The notes under the pieces: model-generated
Told to the model about the DNA's origin: nothing
The model's input: only the letters and a program-made list of their open reading frames with translations
Databases searched by the model: none
Translations under genes and position numbers: made by a program
In this document: positions 20,293 through 29,582 of the stretch, piece after piece
Layout of the letters: each line of letters opens with the position of its first letter
Position numbering within the stretch: the first letter of the stretch is position 1
Source: a virus
Lineage: Duplodnaviria; Heunggongvirae; Uroviricota; Caudoviricetes
Strand: one strand, 5' to 3'
Virus record (IMG/VR): IMGVR_UViG_3300015214_000024
Location: 169,787 to 233,786 of that record
DNA: 64,000 nt

Positions 20293-20913
20293 ATGACACC
20301 TTTCGAGAAAAAACTTCTTACTCTCCGCCAACAGCTTATTGGTGCCCGATATTACAATGCTCTTACGGCATTGGATTTTGCAATGGCTTACCACACTGGT
20401 ACTCGAAAGGATGGCGTCACTCCTGAATTTCAACATCAGGTCGAAATTGCACTATATGCGCTAACGCTTGCTGATGTAAAATATCGTGAAGAAGTGATCG
20501 CTACTATTATGCTTCACGATGTTCGCGAAGACTATAGTATTACTGATTATGAAATTGCTCATCTTTTTGACAGCAATGAATTTACTCTTCGAGTAAACCA
20601 AGCTGTGGAAAATATGACCAAAGAATGGCGCGGCATTAAAAAGGATGAAGCTCAGCTTTTTGAAGCAATGGCCATTGATCCTATTGCCAGTATTGCCAAA
20701 GGCTGTGACCGAATTCATAATTTGGGATCAATGGTCGGAGTTTTTAAAATTGAGAAACAGAAGGCTTATTTGGAAGAAGTTGACCGGTTATTCATACCGA
20801 TGCTAAAAACAGCTCGAAAGAAATTTGCATATCAGCATAATGCATATATGAATATTCTTCATATGATGCGTAGCCAATGTGATCTCATTAGAGCGATTCA
20901 TGAAGCCACCTAA
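20293..20913 (+). CDS. HD-domain (p)ppGpp hydrolase-like protein
   Basis: H.G.RKDG.TP...H, LHDVRED, K..DR.HN. Confidence 0.8.
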   Translation: MTPFEKKLLTLRQQLIGARYYNALTALDFAMAYHTGTRKDGVTPEFQHQVEIALYALTLADVKYREEVIATIMLHDVREDYSITDYEIAHLFDSNEFTLRVNQAVENMTKEWRGIKKDEAQLFEAMAIDPIASIAKGCDRIHNLGSMVGVFKIEKQKAYLEEVDRLFIPMLKTARKKFAYQHNAYMNILHMMRSQCDLIRAIHEAT

Positions 20914-21334
20914 ATCAGTAGTTTTTATCTGGAAAAAGTACGGCGTCCTGCGCAATAAAAATTGTGGTGATTCGTGGTTTGCTCGATTTGAGTTTGGAAG
21001 TAAAACTTACCCCTATGTTGAAGAACTTCGATTCTTTAAAGACAGATCAGAACGTGATGCTTTTATAAAGGAACAAAATCGATTGATCAAGATTTATGGT
21101 CACGATGAATATTACAATCTGTATCGGAATTTAATCAAATGAATGCTATAATATGTCTAGGATTATATAGCTTGATTATGGTCACATTGGCGGACTTTGT
21201 TGAATTTGAGCTCACGTTGATAGATATACTTTGGCCAATATCGATACCATACCGCTTGATAAATTATTATTTCGGCAAGCCTATCAATATGGAAAATTTT
21301 TTTCTAAGAAAGTGAAAAAAGTTTAAAAAAGTGG

Positions 21335-21557
21335 TTGACTCCGGACTAAATACATTATATAAAGTATAAATAACTTTGTAGAAACTTTTATAGGAAAGTG
21401 AATTTAAAATGTTAAACCTAGTACTCAATCCAGTTAATTTGTTAGGACTCAATCCTAATCAATTGCCTGTGGGTGACTCGGGGACAGCATTTTAAAATCT
21501 AAATAAAAGATTTAAATGAAGGTTACCCCGGGAAACGCAAGTTTACCCGGGTTTTTT
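21335..21557 (+). promoter_or_regulatory. Attenuator 2: promoter, leader 21409-21495 (MLNLVLNPVNLLGLNPNQLPVGDSGTAF), antiterminator and terminator
   Basis: TTGACT and TATAAATA promoters; L/N/P-rich ORF; CCCGGGAAAC-GCAA-GTTTACCCGGG-T6 terminator. Confidence 0.87.
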
Positions 21558-21567
21558 ATTGCTTACA

Positions 21568-21689
21568 AGAGTTTAGTTTAGAGTGTGGTGAAATGGTAAA
21601 CACGGGCGGCTAATAACCGCCCCCCACAGAGGAAACGAGCATTTAAATGAACGTTGCTGGTTCGAGTCCAGCCACTCAAAACTAAACTT
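21568..21689 (+). ncRNA. tRNA-like RNA, AAU anticodon, extended acceptor stem
   Basis: GGCGG-CUAAUAA-CCGCC; ~16-bp terminal stem; no CCA. Confidence 0.6.
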
Positions 21690-21707
21690 TTTGATTTGGA
21701 TTGAACA

Positions 21708-22238
21708 ATGATTGATATTGAACAATATATTCGTTTACCGTTAAATGAGCGCCAAGCACATTTGAAATTGGAAGAAAATTGTATTGTTCGTGGCGGCCCT
21801 AAAGATGGTGGTTTATCATCGTATTGTAAGGGTTTGATGGCTCATATATTGGATACGACAATACCATCTGGTATGAAGATACATATTTGTCACGCTTGCC
21901 ATAATAAACATTGTTCAAATCCAAAACATTTATATTGGGGTACTGCTAAAGAAAATGCTATTGACAACTATAATAACGGTGCTAAAACAGCCCGTGAACG
22001 TACAATAGAAAAATATGGCATTGAAAAGGCAAATGAAATTTTTAAATTAAATTCAACCTTGGCAGCGGCTAAAGGAGGAAGAAAAGGAAAAGGAAAACCA
22101 AAAAGTGATCATCATCGGTTAGCTTTATCAAATGCTGGTAAAGGAACTGTATGGTTTAACAACGGTTTTAAAAATTTAAAAATTAAGATAGGTGGTCAAA
22201 TTCCGGAAGGGTTTGTTCAAGGAATGATTAAAAAATAA
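21708..22238 (+). CDS. HNH homing endonuclease
   Basis: ICHACHNKHCSNPKHLYWGT..EN. Confidence 0.85.
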   Translation: MIDIEQYIRLPLNERQAHLKLEENCIVRGGPKDGGLSSYCKGLMAHILDTTIPSGMKIHICHACHNKHCSNPKHLYWGTAKENAIDNYNNGAKTARERTIEKYGIEKANEIFKLNSTLAAAKGGRKGKGKPKSDHHRLALSNAGKGTVWFNNGFKNLKIKIGGQIPEGFVQGMIKK

Positions 22239-22243
22239 TATAT

Positions 22244-22325
22244 GGGGCTGTGGCTAATGCGAATGGTACAGCTAATAGTTTTAGAAACTATGCTTTTGAG
22301 AGTTCGAGTCTCTCCAGCCCTACCA
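22244..22325 (+). tRNA. tRNA-Leu(UAG), short V-arm
   Basis: AUAGU-UUUAGAA-ACUAU, CCA. Confidence 0.8.
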
Positions 22326-22439
22326 GTTTAATTACTGATGCTATTTGACATTGTTGATTGATTTATGTTACTGGTAGGACCTAAAAGATCCTATCAGTGC
22401 CAGGAAGGTAACGGGTAGTGCTGACTACTTCCTGGATTT

Positions 22440-22513
22440 GCTCCTGTAGCCCAAATGGAAGAGGCGGCAGTTTCAAACACTGTACAGTGTGAGTTCGAGT
22501 CTCACCAGGAGCA
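22440..22513 (+). tRNA. tRNA-Leu(CAA), short V-arm
   Basis: GCAGU-UUCAAAC-ACUGU. Confidence 0.85.
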
Positions 22514-22517
22514 CAAG

Positions 22518-22615
22518 ATGATGGTTTAGTCAGGGGTTAGCTCAATTGGTAGAGCACCTGGTCTGGAGCCAGGGGGTTGGGAGTTCAAGTCTCCTGCTCC
22601 TGACTAAACCATCAT
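22518..22615 (+). ncRNA. tRNA-Pro(UGG)-like RNA with ~13-bp acceptor extension
   Basis: Full cloverleaf flanked by AUGAUGGUUUAGU/ACUAAACCAUCAU. Confidence 0.7.
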
Positions 22616-22623
22616 ACTTAAAT

Positions 22624-22699
22624 GCGGTTGTGGGCAAAAGGTAAAGTCGGCAAACTTAAAATTTGTGTCATATTGTGGGTTCGAGTCCCACCTACCGCA
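22624..22699 (+). tRNA. tRNA-Leu(UAA), short V-arm
   Basis: GCAAA-CUUAAAA-UUUGU. Confidence 0.8.
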
Positions 22700-22952
22700 C
22701 AAAAAGATGAAAAAGGCGTTGACAACGTTTTAACATCAAGTTAATATGCGAAACAAGAAACGTACTTAACAGTAAGTTTTTCGTTTAGTGGTATTTCTTT
22801 AATAGCCCTAATAGGCTGGGATTACGGAACGCTATGTTGAAGGACATAACTCGGAAATCCCCGTGTGAGGCGGTCATCCAAAGTGGTAGTCGAATTATGG
22901 TTGGAAGAAACGGAATGTAAGGACCACCGAAATGGTGCAAGGCCATTATAAC

Positions 22953-23027
22953 CGGGGATTAGCTCAGCCGGGTCAGAGCGCCTGCTTTGGGAGCAGGAAG
23001 TCGTAGGTTCGAATCCTACATTCCCGA
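22953..23027 (+). tRNA. tRNA-Pro(UGG)
   Basis: Loop UUUGGGA. Confidence 0.9.
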
Positions 23028-23184
23028 CAATATTAAGCAATGCTGTCATTAAGTAGTAATATTTTTTGATAGGAAAGGCAGCCATTATGGCGGTAAGCTG
23101 GATATATCCATTAACTCAATCATTTGGGTGTGGAATAGCCCGAGCAGAAGTTGGGATCAGGTCCAACCGTTGTTTAATATTAAT

Positions 23185-23268
23185 GCCCTAGTGGTGAAAT
23201 TGGTAGACACACTAGATTTAGGTTCTAGCGCCAAAAGCGTGGGGGTTCGAGTCCCTCCTAGGGCACCA
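23185..23268 (+). tRNA. tRNA-Leu(UAG)
   Basis: Canonical, CCA. Confidence 0.95.
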
Positions 23269-23272
23269 AAAG

Positions 23273-23935
23273 ATGGAGACGAGAATGGAAATTCTTAAAT
23301 TGAAGAATCCTTATCTAAATGGATTTAGTGATGAAAACGATCCAGTTGCTCTGCAATATTTAGATAAGCTGAAAGCGATTAAGGAAGCATTATCATCAGG
23401 CCGCCTCTATTGCCAATATATAGATGGCGATAGAAAAGGATCAATTGCAAAATTGATCCCAGATCCTGCCTATTCTCATATTGAGGATCGCGCGCCATCT
23501 ATTCGATATTCAAGTTCGCACTTTCAAAAAGGTCCTTGGTATCGATTTGAGAATGATATGTTTTTTATGATTGCGACTTGGAATGGCCGCAAGAATAAAG
23601 TTAAAGAAACTTGGTCATATTATAGTCAATTTGAATTTATTATTGGCGATGATATAGAAACTGTATGGCAAAAGTTTGATGCACAAACGGCTAAAGAAGA
23701 AGTACTCAAGAACCCCAATCAAAAGGATATTGATGGTAATGTTCTCAATGTCGGTGATGCAGTAATGTTTGTTAATGCACGTTATGGCTCACGAATGGTA
23801 CTTGAACGTGGCAGAATTAAAGAATTTAAAGTAGTGGTTGATTCGAAGAAAACTTCTATTTCAACTGTTATTGAGAATAGCGAAGGTGCTTTAAGTACAT
23901 TATCATATCCAGAAGATATGGTTTGTAAAATTTAA
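23273..23935 (+). CDS. Hypothetical protein
   Basis: 220-aa ORF between tRNAs. Confidence 0.7.
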   Translation: METRMEILKLKNPYLNGFSDENDPVALQYLDKLKAIKEALSSGRLYCQYIDGDRKGSIAKLIPDPAYSHIEDRAPSIRYSSSHFQKGPWYRFENDMFFMIATWNGRKNKVKETWSYYSQFEFIIGDDIETVWQKFDAQTAKEEVLKNPNQKDIDGNVLNVGDAVMFVNARYGSRMVLERGRIKEFKVVVDSKKTSISTVIENSEGALSTLSYPEDMVCKI

Positions 23936-23938
23936 AAT

Positions 23939-24024
23939 GCGGTTATGGTGGAATGGCAGACACACTATCTTGAGGGGGTAGCGAGAGAAATCTCATAAGG
24001 GTTCAAGTCCCTTTAACCGCACCA
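23939..24024 (+). tRNA. tRNA-Leu(GAG)
   Basis: Loop UUGAGGG, CCA. Confidence 0.9.
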
Positions 24025-24255
24025 AAAAGAACGTTGCGAGTAGCTATCGCATAGTTAGGCTGATATCCTGATGAAGAATCCAGTTAGCCCTGGAAAAACT
24101 ATCCCTGACTTGGAAAGCTGGTTGACATAACATATAATGTCACGTATTGGGATTTATACGATAAATTGAGCCGTGGAGGTGAGCGTTGATCTAGCTGATC
24201 TAAAGTAGGCTAGGGAGTGATCGGACCCGTGAAGCGGACAATTAAATCCCAACAT

Positions 24256-24332
24256 CTGGAAGTAGCGCAGCCTGGTAGCGTACCTCATTTGGAGTGAGGG
24301 GGTCGGAGGTTCAAATCCTCTCTTCCAGACCA
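24256..24332 (+). tRNA. tRNA-Pro(UGG)
   Basis: Loop UUUGGAG, CCA. Confidence 0.9.
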
Positions 24333-24340
24333 ATTATTGT

Positions 24341-24455
24341 GCGGATGTAGCTTAATGGGTTGGTCGAGCTAGATAAGACCAAACTTAGTGGCCACTAAGT
24401 AAAGCGGCAGGTAGTTAACCTGGAGAAGGTGGTTCGATTCCATCCATCCGAGCCA
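24341..24455 (+). ncRNA. tRNA-Asn(GUU)-like RNA with two hairpins in the D-loop
   Basis: D-stem GCUU/AAGC encloses two hairpins; GCCA end. Confidence 0.6.
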
Positions 24456-24590
24456 AAAAGAAATTGAACATATTTTGTTTGTGTGGGTAAAAGCATTGAC
24501 AACGTTAGTATTGCCTCTATAATCTAGACGTTGTGTGGGTTCAAGTCCCTGAGGAGGCTTCAGCTTTTTAACAGCAAATATGTCAATCAT

Positions 24591-24667
24591 TCCCCTGGGG
24601 TCCTATCGGTAGGGACGCCTGACTGTTAATCAGGTTGCTGTAGGTTCGAATCCTACCAGGGGAGCCA
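24591..24667 (+). tRNA. tRNA-Asn(GUU)
   Basis: Loop CUGUUAA, GCCA. Confidence 0.9.
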
Positions 24668-24896
24668 ATTAGAAATTCAAACTAATGATTAATTAGGAAA
24701 CTTGCCAATGGGTCGACACAGACGCAAGGATAATTTTTAAAAATTAGGGAGATAGGAGAAGTCCTGGGCGGGCGCCAACCTTTATGGCTAGCCGGCGCGA
24801 ATATAGGGTTCAATTCCTTATAGTGGAAAACAAAGTCGTGTTTTTCATCCTTGGGCAGGGTAGGTTCAATTCCTCGCTTCTCTGAACGCAACATAT

Positions 24897-24973
24897 TCCC
24901 AATGGGCCCTATTGGCAGGGGCACGACGCTGTTAACGTCGACGCTGTAGGTTCGAATCCTACATTGGGAGCCA
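24897..24973 (+). tRNA. tRNA-Asn(GUU)
   Basis: Loop CUGUUAA, GCCA. Confidence 0.9.
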
Positions 24974-24987
24974 ATTTGAGGTATGAT

Positions 24988-25410
24988 ATGAATTACAAAG
25001 GACATAAAGATAAAATTTATATTTGTGAAAATTGTTTTTCTGAAATAGCCTTCAAAGGCTATTCAAACAAGCACCGATTTTGTGATATGAAATGTGCTGG
25101 TGAATTTAAAGTTAAGGAAACTAAAGATAAAAATTTAAAATTATTCCTTCAAGGTAAATTAACGCGCAGGGATAGAATTTATGAAATATTAGTTGAACGC
25201 GATGGTAATTGCTGTTCTGTTTGTAAAATTACCGAATGGAATGGTAAAGAAATTCGTTTATGGGTTGACCATATTGACGGAAATGCTACCAATAATTCAC
25301 CGAATAATTTTAGACTGATTTGTCCAAATTGTGATTCACAAAGTGAAACTTTTGGAGCCAAGAATCGAGGCAATGGAAGAAAATCAAAAGGATTACCGCA
25401 ATATGGGTAA
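24988..25410 (+). CDS. HNH endonuclease
   Basis: CSVC..VDHIDGN..NN...N.RLICPNC. Confidence 0.88.
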   Translation: MNYKGHKDKIYICENCFSEIAFKGYSNKHRFCDMKCAGEFKVKETKDKNLKLFLQGKLTRRDRIYEILVERDGNCCSVCKITEWNGKEIRLWVDHIDGNATNNSPNNFRLICPNCDSQSETFGAKNRGNGRKSKGLPQYG

Positions 25411-25413
25411 TAT

Positions 25414-25488
25414 TCCGGAGTAACTCAATGGTAGAGTAACTGGCTGTTAACCAGTAAGTTGGGGGTTCGAGTCCCTCCTCCGGAGCCA
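25414..25488 (+). tRNA. tRNA-Asn(GUU)
   Basis: Canonical. Confidence 0.93.
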
Positions 25489-25610
25489 TTAAAGTTTAGG
25501 CAAAAAGAGAAGGCGGTTAAATTCCGTCTAGGCGAGAGATCAAGGGCCCATTTATGGAGGTCTTGGCGAGAGAATATAGCATAATGTTAATGTGCTTTTT
25601 GTCTTACCAT

Positions 25611-25882
25611 TTTGGTATAGTGTAAAGGAAAAGTTCAGTAAGTTGCTGAAAAGTTTCTAATAAGCTTATCGGAGAATAGTGAAAGTATTAACAGTAGCAA
25701 ACGCAAAGGCTATAAAAACCGTGAGCTTGGGAAGGGCAAGACAGGCTGTTAATATGGAAACTGGGATTTGATAAGTGGATGATTAACTTAGTAAGTAGGT
25801 GAAAGGCTTAGTACGTGGTAGCACGCCGGCATAGCACTTGCGTTTTGGAGCCGGAAGTGAGGTTCGAGCCCTCTTACCAGAG
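25611..25882 (+). ncRNA. tRNA-Gln(UUG)-like RNA with ~190-nt D-loop insertion and 12-nt anticodon-loop insertion
   Basis: UUUGGUA/UACCAGA acceptor, GUGU/GCAC D-stem, CCGGC/GCCGG stem, T-arm. Confidence 0.6.
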
Positions 25883-25892
25883 CTAATAGAAA

Positions 25893-26071
25893 TTATCCAT
25901 CGTCTAAACGTGGTACTAACGATAGGGAGTGATCACCTGACAATAGGTCGATTGAAAATTAGTATTGAAATCTACCAATCACGTGTAAGGTAGAAAGTAA
26001 AGAAATGTTTCTTTCAGTTAGGACGCCGCCCGTGGAGGGCGGAAATATCAGCACACTGATTGGATAAACCA
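25893..26071 (+). ncRNA. tRNA-like RNA with ~110-nt D-loop insertion and reduced T-loop
   Basis: UUAUCCA/UGGAUAA-ACCA; GUCU/GGAC D-stem; CCGCC-CGUGGAG-GGCGG. Confidence 0.55.
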
Positions 26072-26185
26072 ATGTGTAGCTTAATTGTTGAGGATTTATT
26101 TTCAACAATTAGTTCGTAAGAATGTTCACCGTATGGTGTAGGACGTTCGGGATATAATTGCGGGGAGGGGCATTATATCATTCAT

Positions 26186-26261
26186 CTAGATGTGGGAAAG
26201 TTGGTAATCCGCCTGTTTCGGGAACAGGAGACCGCCGGTTCGAGCCCGGCCCTCTAGACCA
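26186..26261 (+). tRNA. tRNA-Pro(CGG)
   Basis: Loop UUCGGGA, CCA. Confidence 0.9.
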
Positions 26262-26325
26262 ATTCTTGACATAGCATTGAACTAATGCTATTAGATTTCT
26301 ATTAACAATTTAGCTCAGAAAGGAT

Positions 26326-27591
26326 ATGGCGATGTATGATCAGTATGTATGCGTAATGTTCCCGTATCCTAGTGGCGCTGGCCTGCATTTGGGTCATTAT
26401 TACAACTATGCTGTAATTGACTCATATGCTAGGTGGCAGCGTTTTAAAGGTCAGACGGTTTTTCAACCTTTTGGTTATGATGCTTTTGGCTTGCCTGCAG
26501 AAAACTATGCTCGCCAAATTGGCGGTGATCCTAGAACAATAACTAATCAAAATATTCAAAATTTCCGTAAACAAATGCGAAATATGAATACTTTGTATGA
26601 CGAACAGTTGGTTACTTGTGAAACTGATTACGTTAAGTGGACCCAATGGATCTTTAATGCTTTGAAAGATCGTGGATTAGCATACAAAGCTTGGGGTGAA
26701 GTAAATTGGTGTGAACAGTGCGGGACCGTGTTGGCTAATGAACAAGCGCAAAATGGCATTTGTGAACGCCACGGAACTCCTGTTGAAAAACGTCAAATGA
26801 ATCAGTGGTATTTCAAGATTACTGATTATACTGATCGATTGATTAAGAATTTGGACTGGATTGATTATCCGGAAGGGACTAAGAAGCAACAGCGCAAATG
26901 GTTGGAGGATCAGCAAGATTGGTGTGTCAGTCGTCAGCGTTCTTGGGGCTGTCCTATACCAATTGAAGGTGAAACTGACACCTTGGACACTTTTGTTGAC
27001 TCTTCATTTTATTTCTTGCGCTATTTGACTAAAAGTGAAGATGAGTTTTTGCCAGCTGATCAATACAAGCAAGTCGATCTGTATGTTGGTGGCCCAGAAC
27101 ACGCTTGTATGCATTTGATATATGCTCGTTTTATTCATATGGTTTTGTTTGATATGGGAATTGTTCCTGAAGAAGAGCCATTTAAGAAAGTTATTCATCA
27201 GGGTATGATTACCAAGGATGGGAACAAGATGAGCAAAAGTAAAGGTAATGCCGTTAGTCCTGATGACTATGATCCTGACGAATTGAGAATGTATTTGATG
27301 TTCTTGGGGCCATATTTTGAAGGTGGGGATTGGAGTGACCAGCATATTGTTGGTGTTCGCCGCTTCTTCAATAGGATGAAAACTTGGTTGGGAGAAGCTG
27401 GCACTGAAAATATTGACACTTCTCAGTTGGAAAATCAAATTGATCATTATGTTTCTACTTTCAAATTTAATAAAGTAGTTTCAAGTTTTATGGAATTTAT
27501 GAACAAAAATAAATCCAAAAAAGTTGATAATGAAACTCGAAATAAAATTGTCAGAATGTTGACTAATTTTGCCCCAGGGTTTCGAATTTAA
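26326..27591 (+). CDS. leuS: Minimal leucyl-tRNA synthetase (no CP1 editing or C-terminal domain)
   Basis: MFPYPSG.GLHLGH, DAFGLPAEN, DWCVSRQR.WG, DTFVDSS, KMSKSKGN; only 421 aa. Confidence 0.93.
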   Translation: MAMYDQYVCVMFPYPSGAGLHLGHYYNYAVIDSYARWQRFKGQTVFQPFGYDAFGLPAENYARQIGGDPRTITNQNIQNFRKQMRNMNTLYDEQLVTCETDYVKWTQWIFNALKDRGLAYKAWGEVNWCEQCGTVLANEQAQNGICERHGTPVEKRQMNQWYFKITDYTDRLIKNLDWIDYPEGTKKQQRKWLEDQQDWCVSRQRSWGCPIPIEGETDTLDTFVDSSFYFLRYLTKSEDEFLPADQYKQVDLYVGGPEHACMHLIYARFIHMVLFDMGIVPEEEPFKKVIHQGMITKDGNKMSKSKGNAVSPDDYDPDELRMYLMFLGPYFEGGDWSDQHIVGVRRFFNRMKTWLGEAGTENIDTSQLENQIDHYVSTFKFNKVVSSFMEFMNKNKSKKVDNETRNKIVRMLTNFAPGFRI

Positions 27592-27770
27592 GTAGTTGAC
27601 AGTGAATAGATTGTTTGCTACTATGAATACATAAGCAGTTAAGCAGTTTTGGTCCACGGTGGTTCCAGCAAATGTTGGAGGGTAGATGGTTCGAATCCAT
27701 TTAAGAAAACCTGGGTTAGGTTTAAACCAAAAGAGCGTTCAAATCGCTCCGCCAAAAACCGTTTAATTAT

Positions 27771-28724
27771 TATGCCCACTTGGCGGAATTTGAATATGAT
27801 AAACCTTGAAAATATTGTTGAATCTCTCAAAAGGCAATATCCTGAATATGATTATGAGATATTGAATAATAAGATTGGAATCTGGGATCCTCCTGGAAAC
27901 CATTATAAAGGAAGATACCATATACAAATTGCAGAATGTGAAATAACTGAAGACAAAAATTATGATCATAATTTTTGGATAGATTTTTTAGAAAAATGTA
28001 TCTTTATTCATAGAATGAATAAGTATAATTTTTAATTAAAATTTGCGTCAACTATAAATAAAGCTAAAAGGTAACTTTATGCTTTGTGATTATGGTTGCG
28101 AACAGGAATCAAATTTTGTTCTTAAAAATGGTAAAAATTGTTGCGCAAAGAGTCAAAATTCATGTCCTGCAATAAGGGCTAAGACTGGGGCAACTGTTAA
28201 GCATCAATTTAAATCTGGCAGTAGAAAACGTCAACCATATGTTTATGCTGATTTGCCTGATGAAACAAAAGAGAGAATGAAATGGAACAAAGGAAAAGAA
28301 ATTGTTCCAAACGAAATTGTGTTTGCTGAAAATAGCAAATATGATAATGATGTGGTTAAAAAAAGAATTTTACAAAACAATCTTTTAGATTATAAATGTG
28401 CCGAATGTGAGTTGACAGAATGGCAAGGCAAAAGTATAGTGTTGGAGTTAGAACACTGCAACGGCGTTCGAAACGATCATAGGATTGAAAACTTAAAGTT
28501 TTTGTGTCCAAATTGCCACTCACAAACGGAAACGTTTAGAGGAAGAAACAAAAACACTGGAAAAGTTATTGTTACTGATGAAGAGTTGTTGACAGCGTTA
28601 AAGTCGACTGCTAATATAAGACAAGCTTTACAGAGTGTAGGACTTGCTGCTAAAGGCGGAAATTATGCTCGAGTTAAAGCTTTAAAATTAAAGTTTAATG
28701 TTTAATATGCCCACTTGGCGGAAT
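27771..28724 (+). mobile_element. HNH-carrying insertion bounded by a 19-bp direct repeat of the tRNA-Leu 5' end
   Basis: TATGCCCACTTGGCGGAAT at 27771 and 28706. Confidence 0.65.
28079..28705 (+). CDS. HNH endonuclease
   Basis: CAEC..LELEHCNG..D.R.ENL.FLCPNCH. Confidence 0.88.
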   Translation: MLCDYGCEQESNFVLKNGKNCCAKSQNSCPAIRAKTGATVKHQFKSGSRKRQPYVYADLPDETKERMKWNKGKEIVPNEIVFAENSKYDNDVVKKRILQNNLLDYKCAECELTEWQGKSIVLELEHCNGVRNDHRIENLKFLCPNCHSQTETFRGRNKNTGKVIVTDEELLTALKSTANIRQALQSVGLAAKGGNYARVKALKLKFNV

Positions 28725-28864
28725 GGTAGACGCCAGGGACTTGTCGGAAAGAAACCTTAGGGTTTAGAACGCCACTTAGTATGGCGACGGTGCGAATCCG
28801 GAATCCGAAAGCTAAAATCCCTTGCCCTTTGGGCGTACCGGTTCGAGTCCGGTAGTGGGTACCA
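28709..28864 (+). tRNA. tRNA-Leu(UAA) with a 71-nt structured insert in the anticodon
   Basis: AGGGA-CUU^AAAA-UCCCU restored if 28743-28813 is removed. Confidence 0.8.
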
Positions 28865-29495
28865 AATGAGAAGTCGTATGGTTGGTTTCATACTACTTGA
28901 ATGATATAAATTGGGTTAACACAGTTTATATCAAACAAGCTGTCCCTGATAAGCCATATGTGGGAAGATAAGCTGCCCATTTGACTATGTAGCTTGAGTT
29001 ATTGTAAACGGAGATATAGTAATGACTGCTGCTACTTTTGCTGGACTACTTGTTATTATGTATGTCCTTTTTGTAATTGGTAAAGTTCTTGAAAACTACT
29101 TGCCTCAGAAGCAGCCAAGTTATGTTAGTGGCGCTGGCGCACCGGAACCTTCAGCAGAGGCTAAGGAAGCTGCCCGTCGTTATAGAGAGCAGAACCTAAA
29201 TCCGTTTTATTGATATGAAAAATCAAGAACCAACGGATGAACAAATAAATGATTACTTGGTTGGTAATCCGCATGAAAGTTGGTTTACAGCCAGAGAGAA
29301 ATTAAGAGATAAAGCTTATTCAGAAGATCACAAGAAACCGGAAGGTATGACTTGGGGTGAATATTGGAAAAGCTTTTAAAAGTTCGCACTGCCCGATATG
29401 AGTAACACTGAAAAGTGAAAAACTCGGAATTACTTAGCCCAAACACTTTGGGATGCAAAGACGGTAAGGAAAAAGGAAGTGACGGTGCGAAACTT

Positions 29496-29582
29496 GCGGG
29501 TATGGCGGAATTGGTAGACGCGACTGACTCAAAATCAGTTTCCCGAAAGGGAGTGGGGGTTCGAGTCCCTCTACCCGCACCA
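29496..29582 (+). tRNA. tRNA-Leu(CAA)
   Basis: Canonical, CCA. Confidence 0.95.

Noticed and set aside
28743-28813. Group I intron in tRNA-Leu(UAA)
   Set aside because: Only 71 nt, with no P7 core motifs and no terminal G at a junction that restores the loop; no canonical bulge-helix-bulge either.
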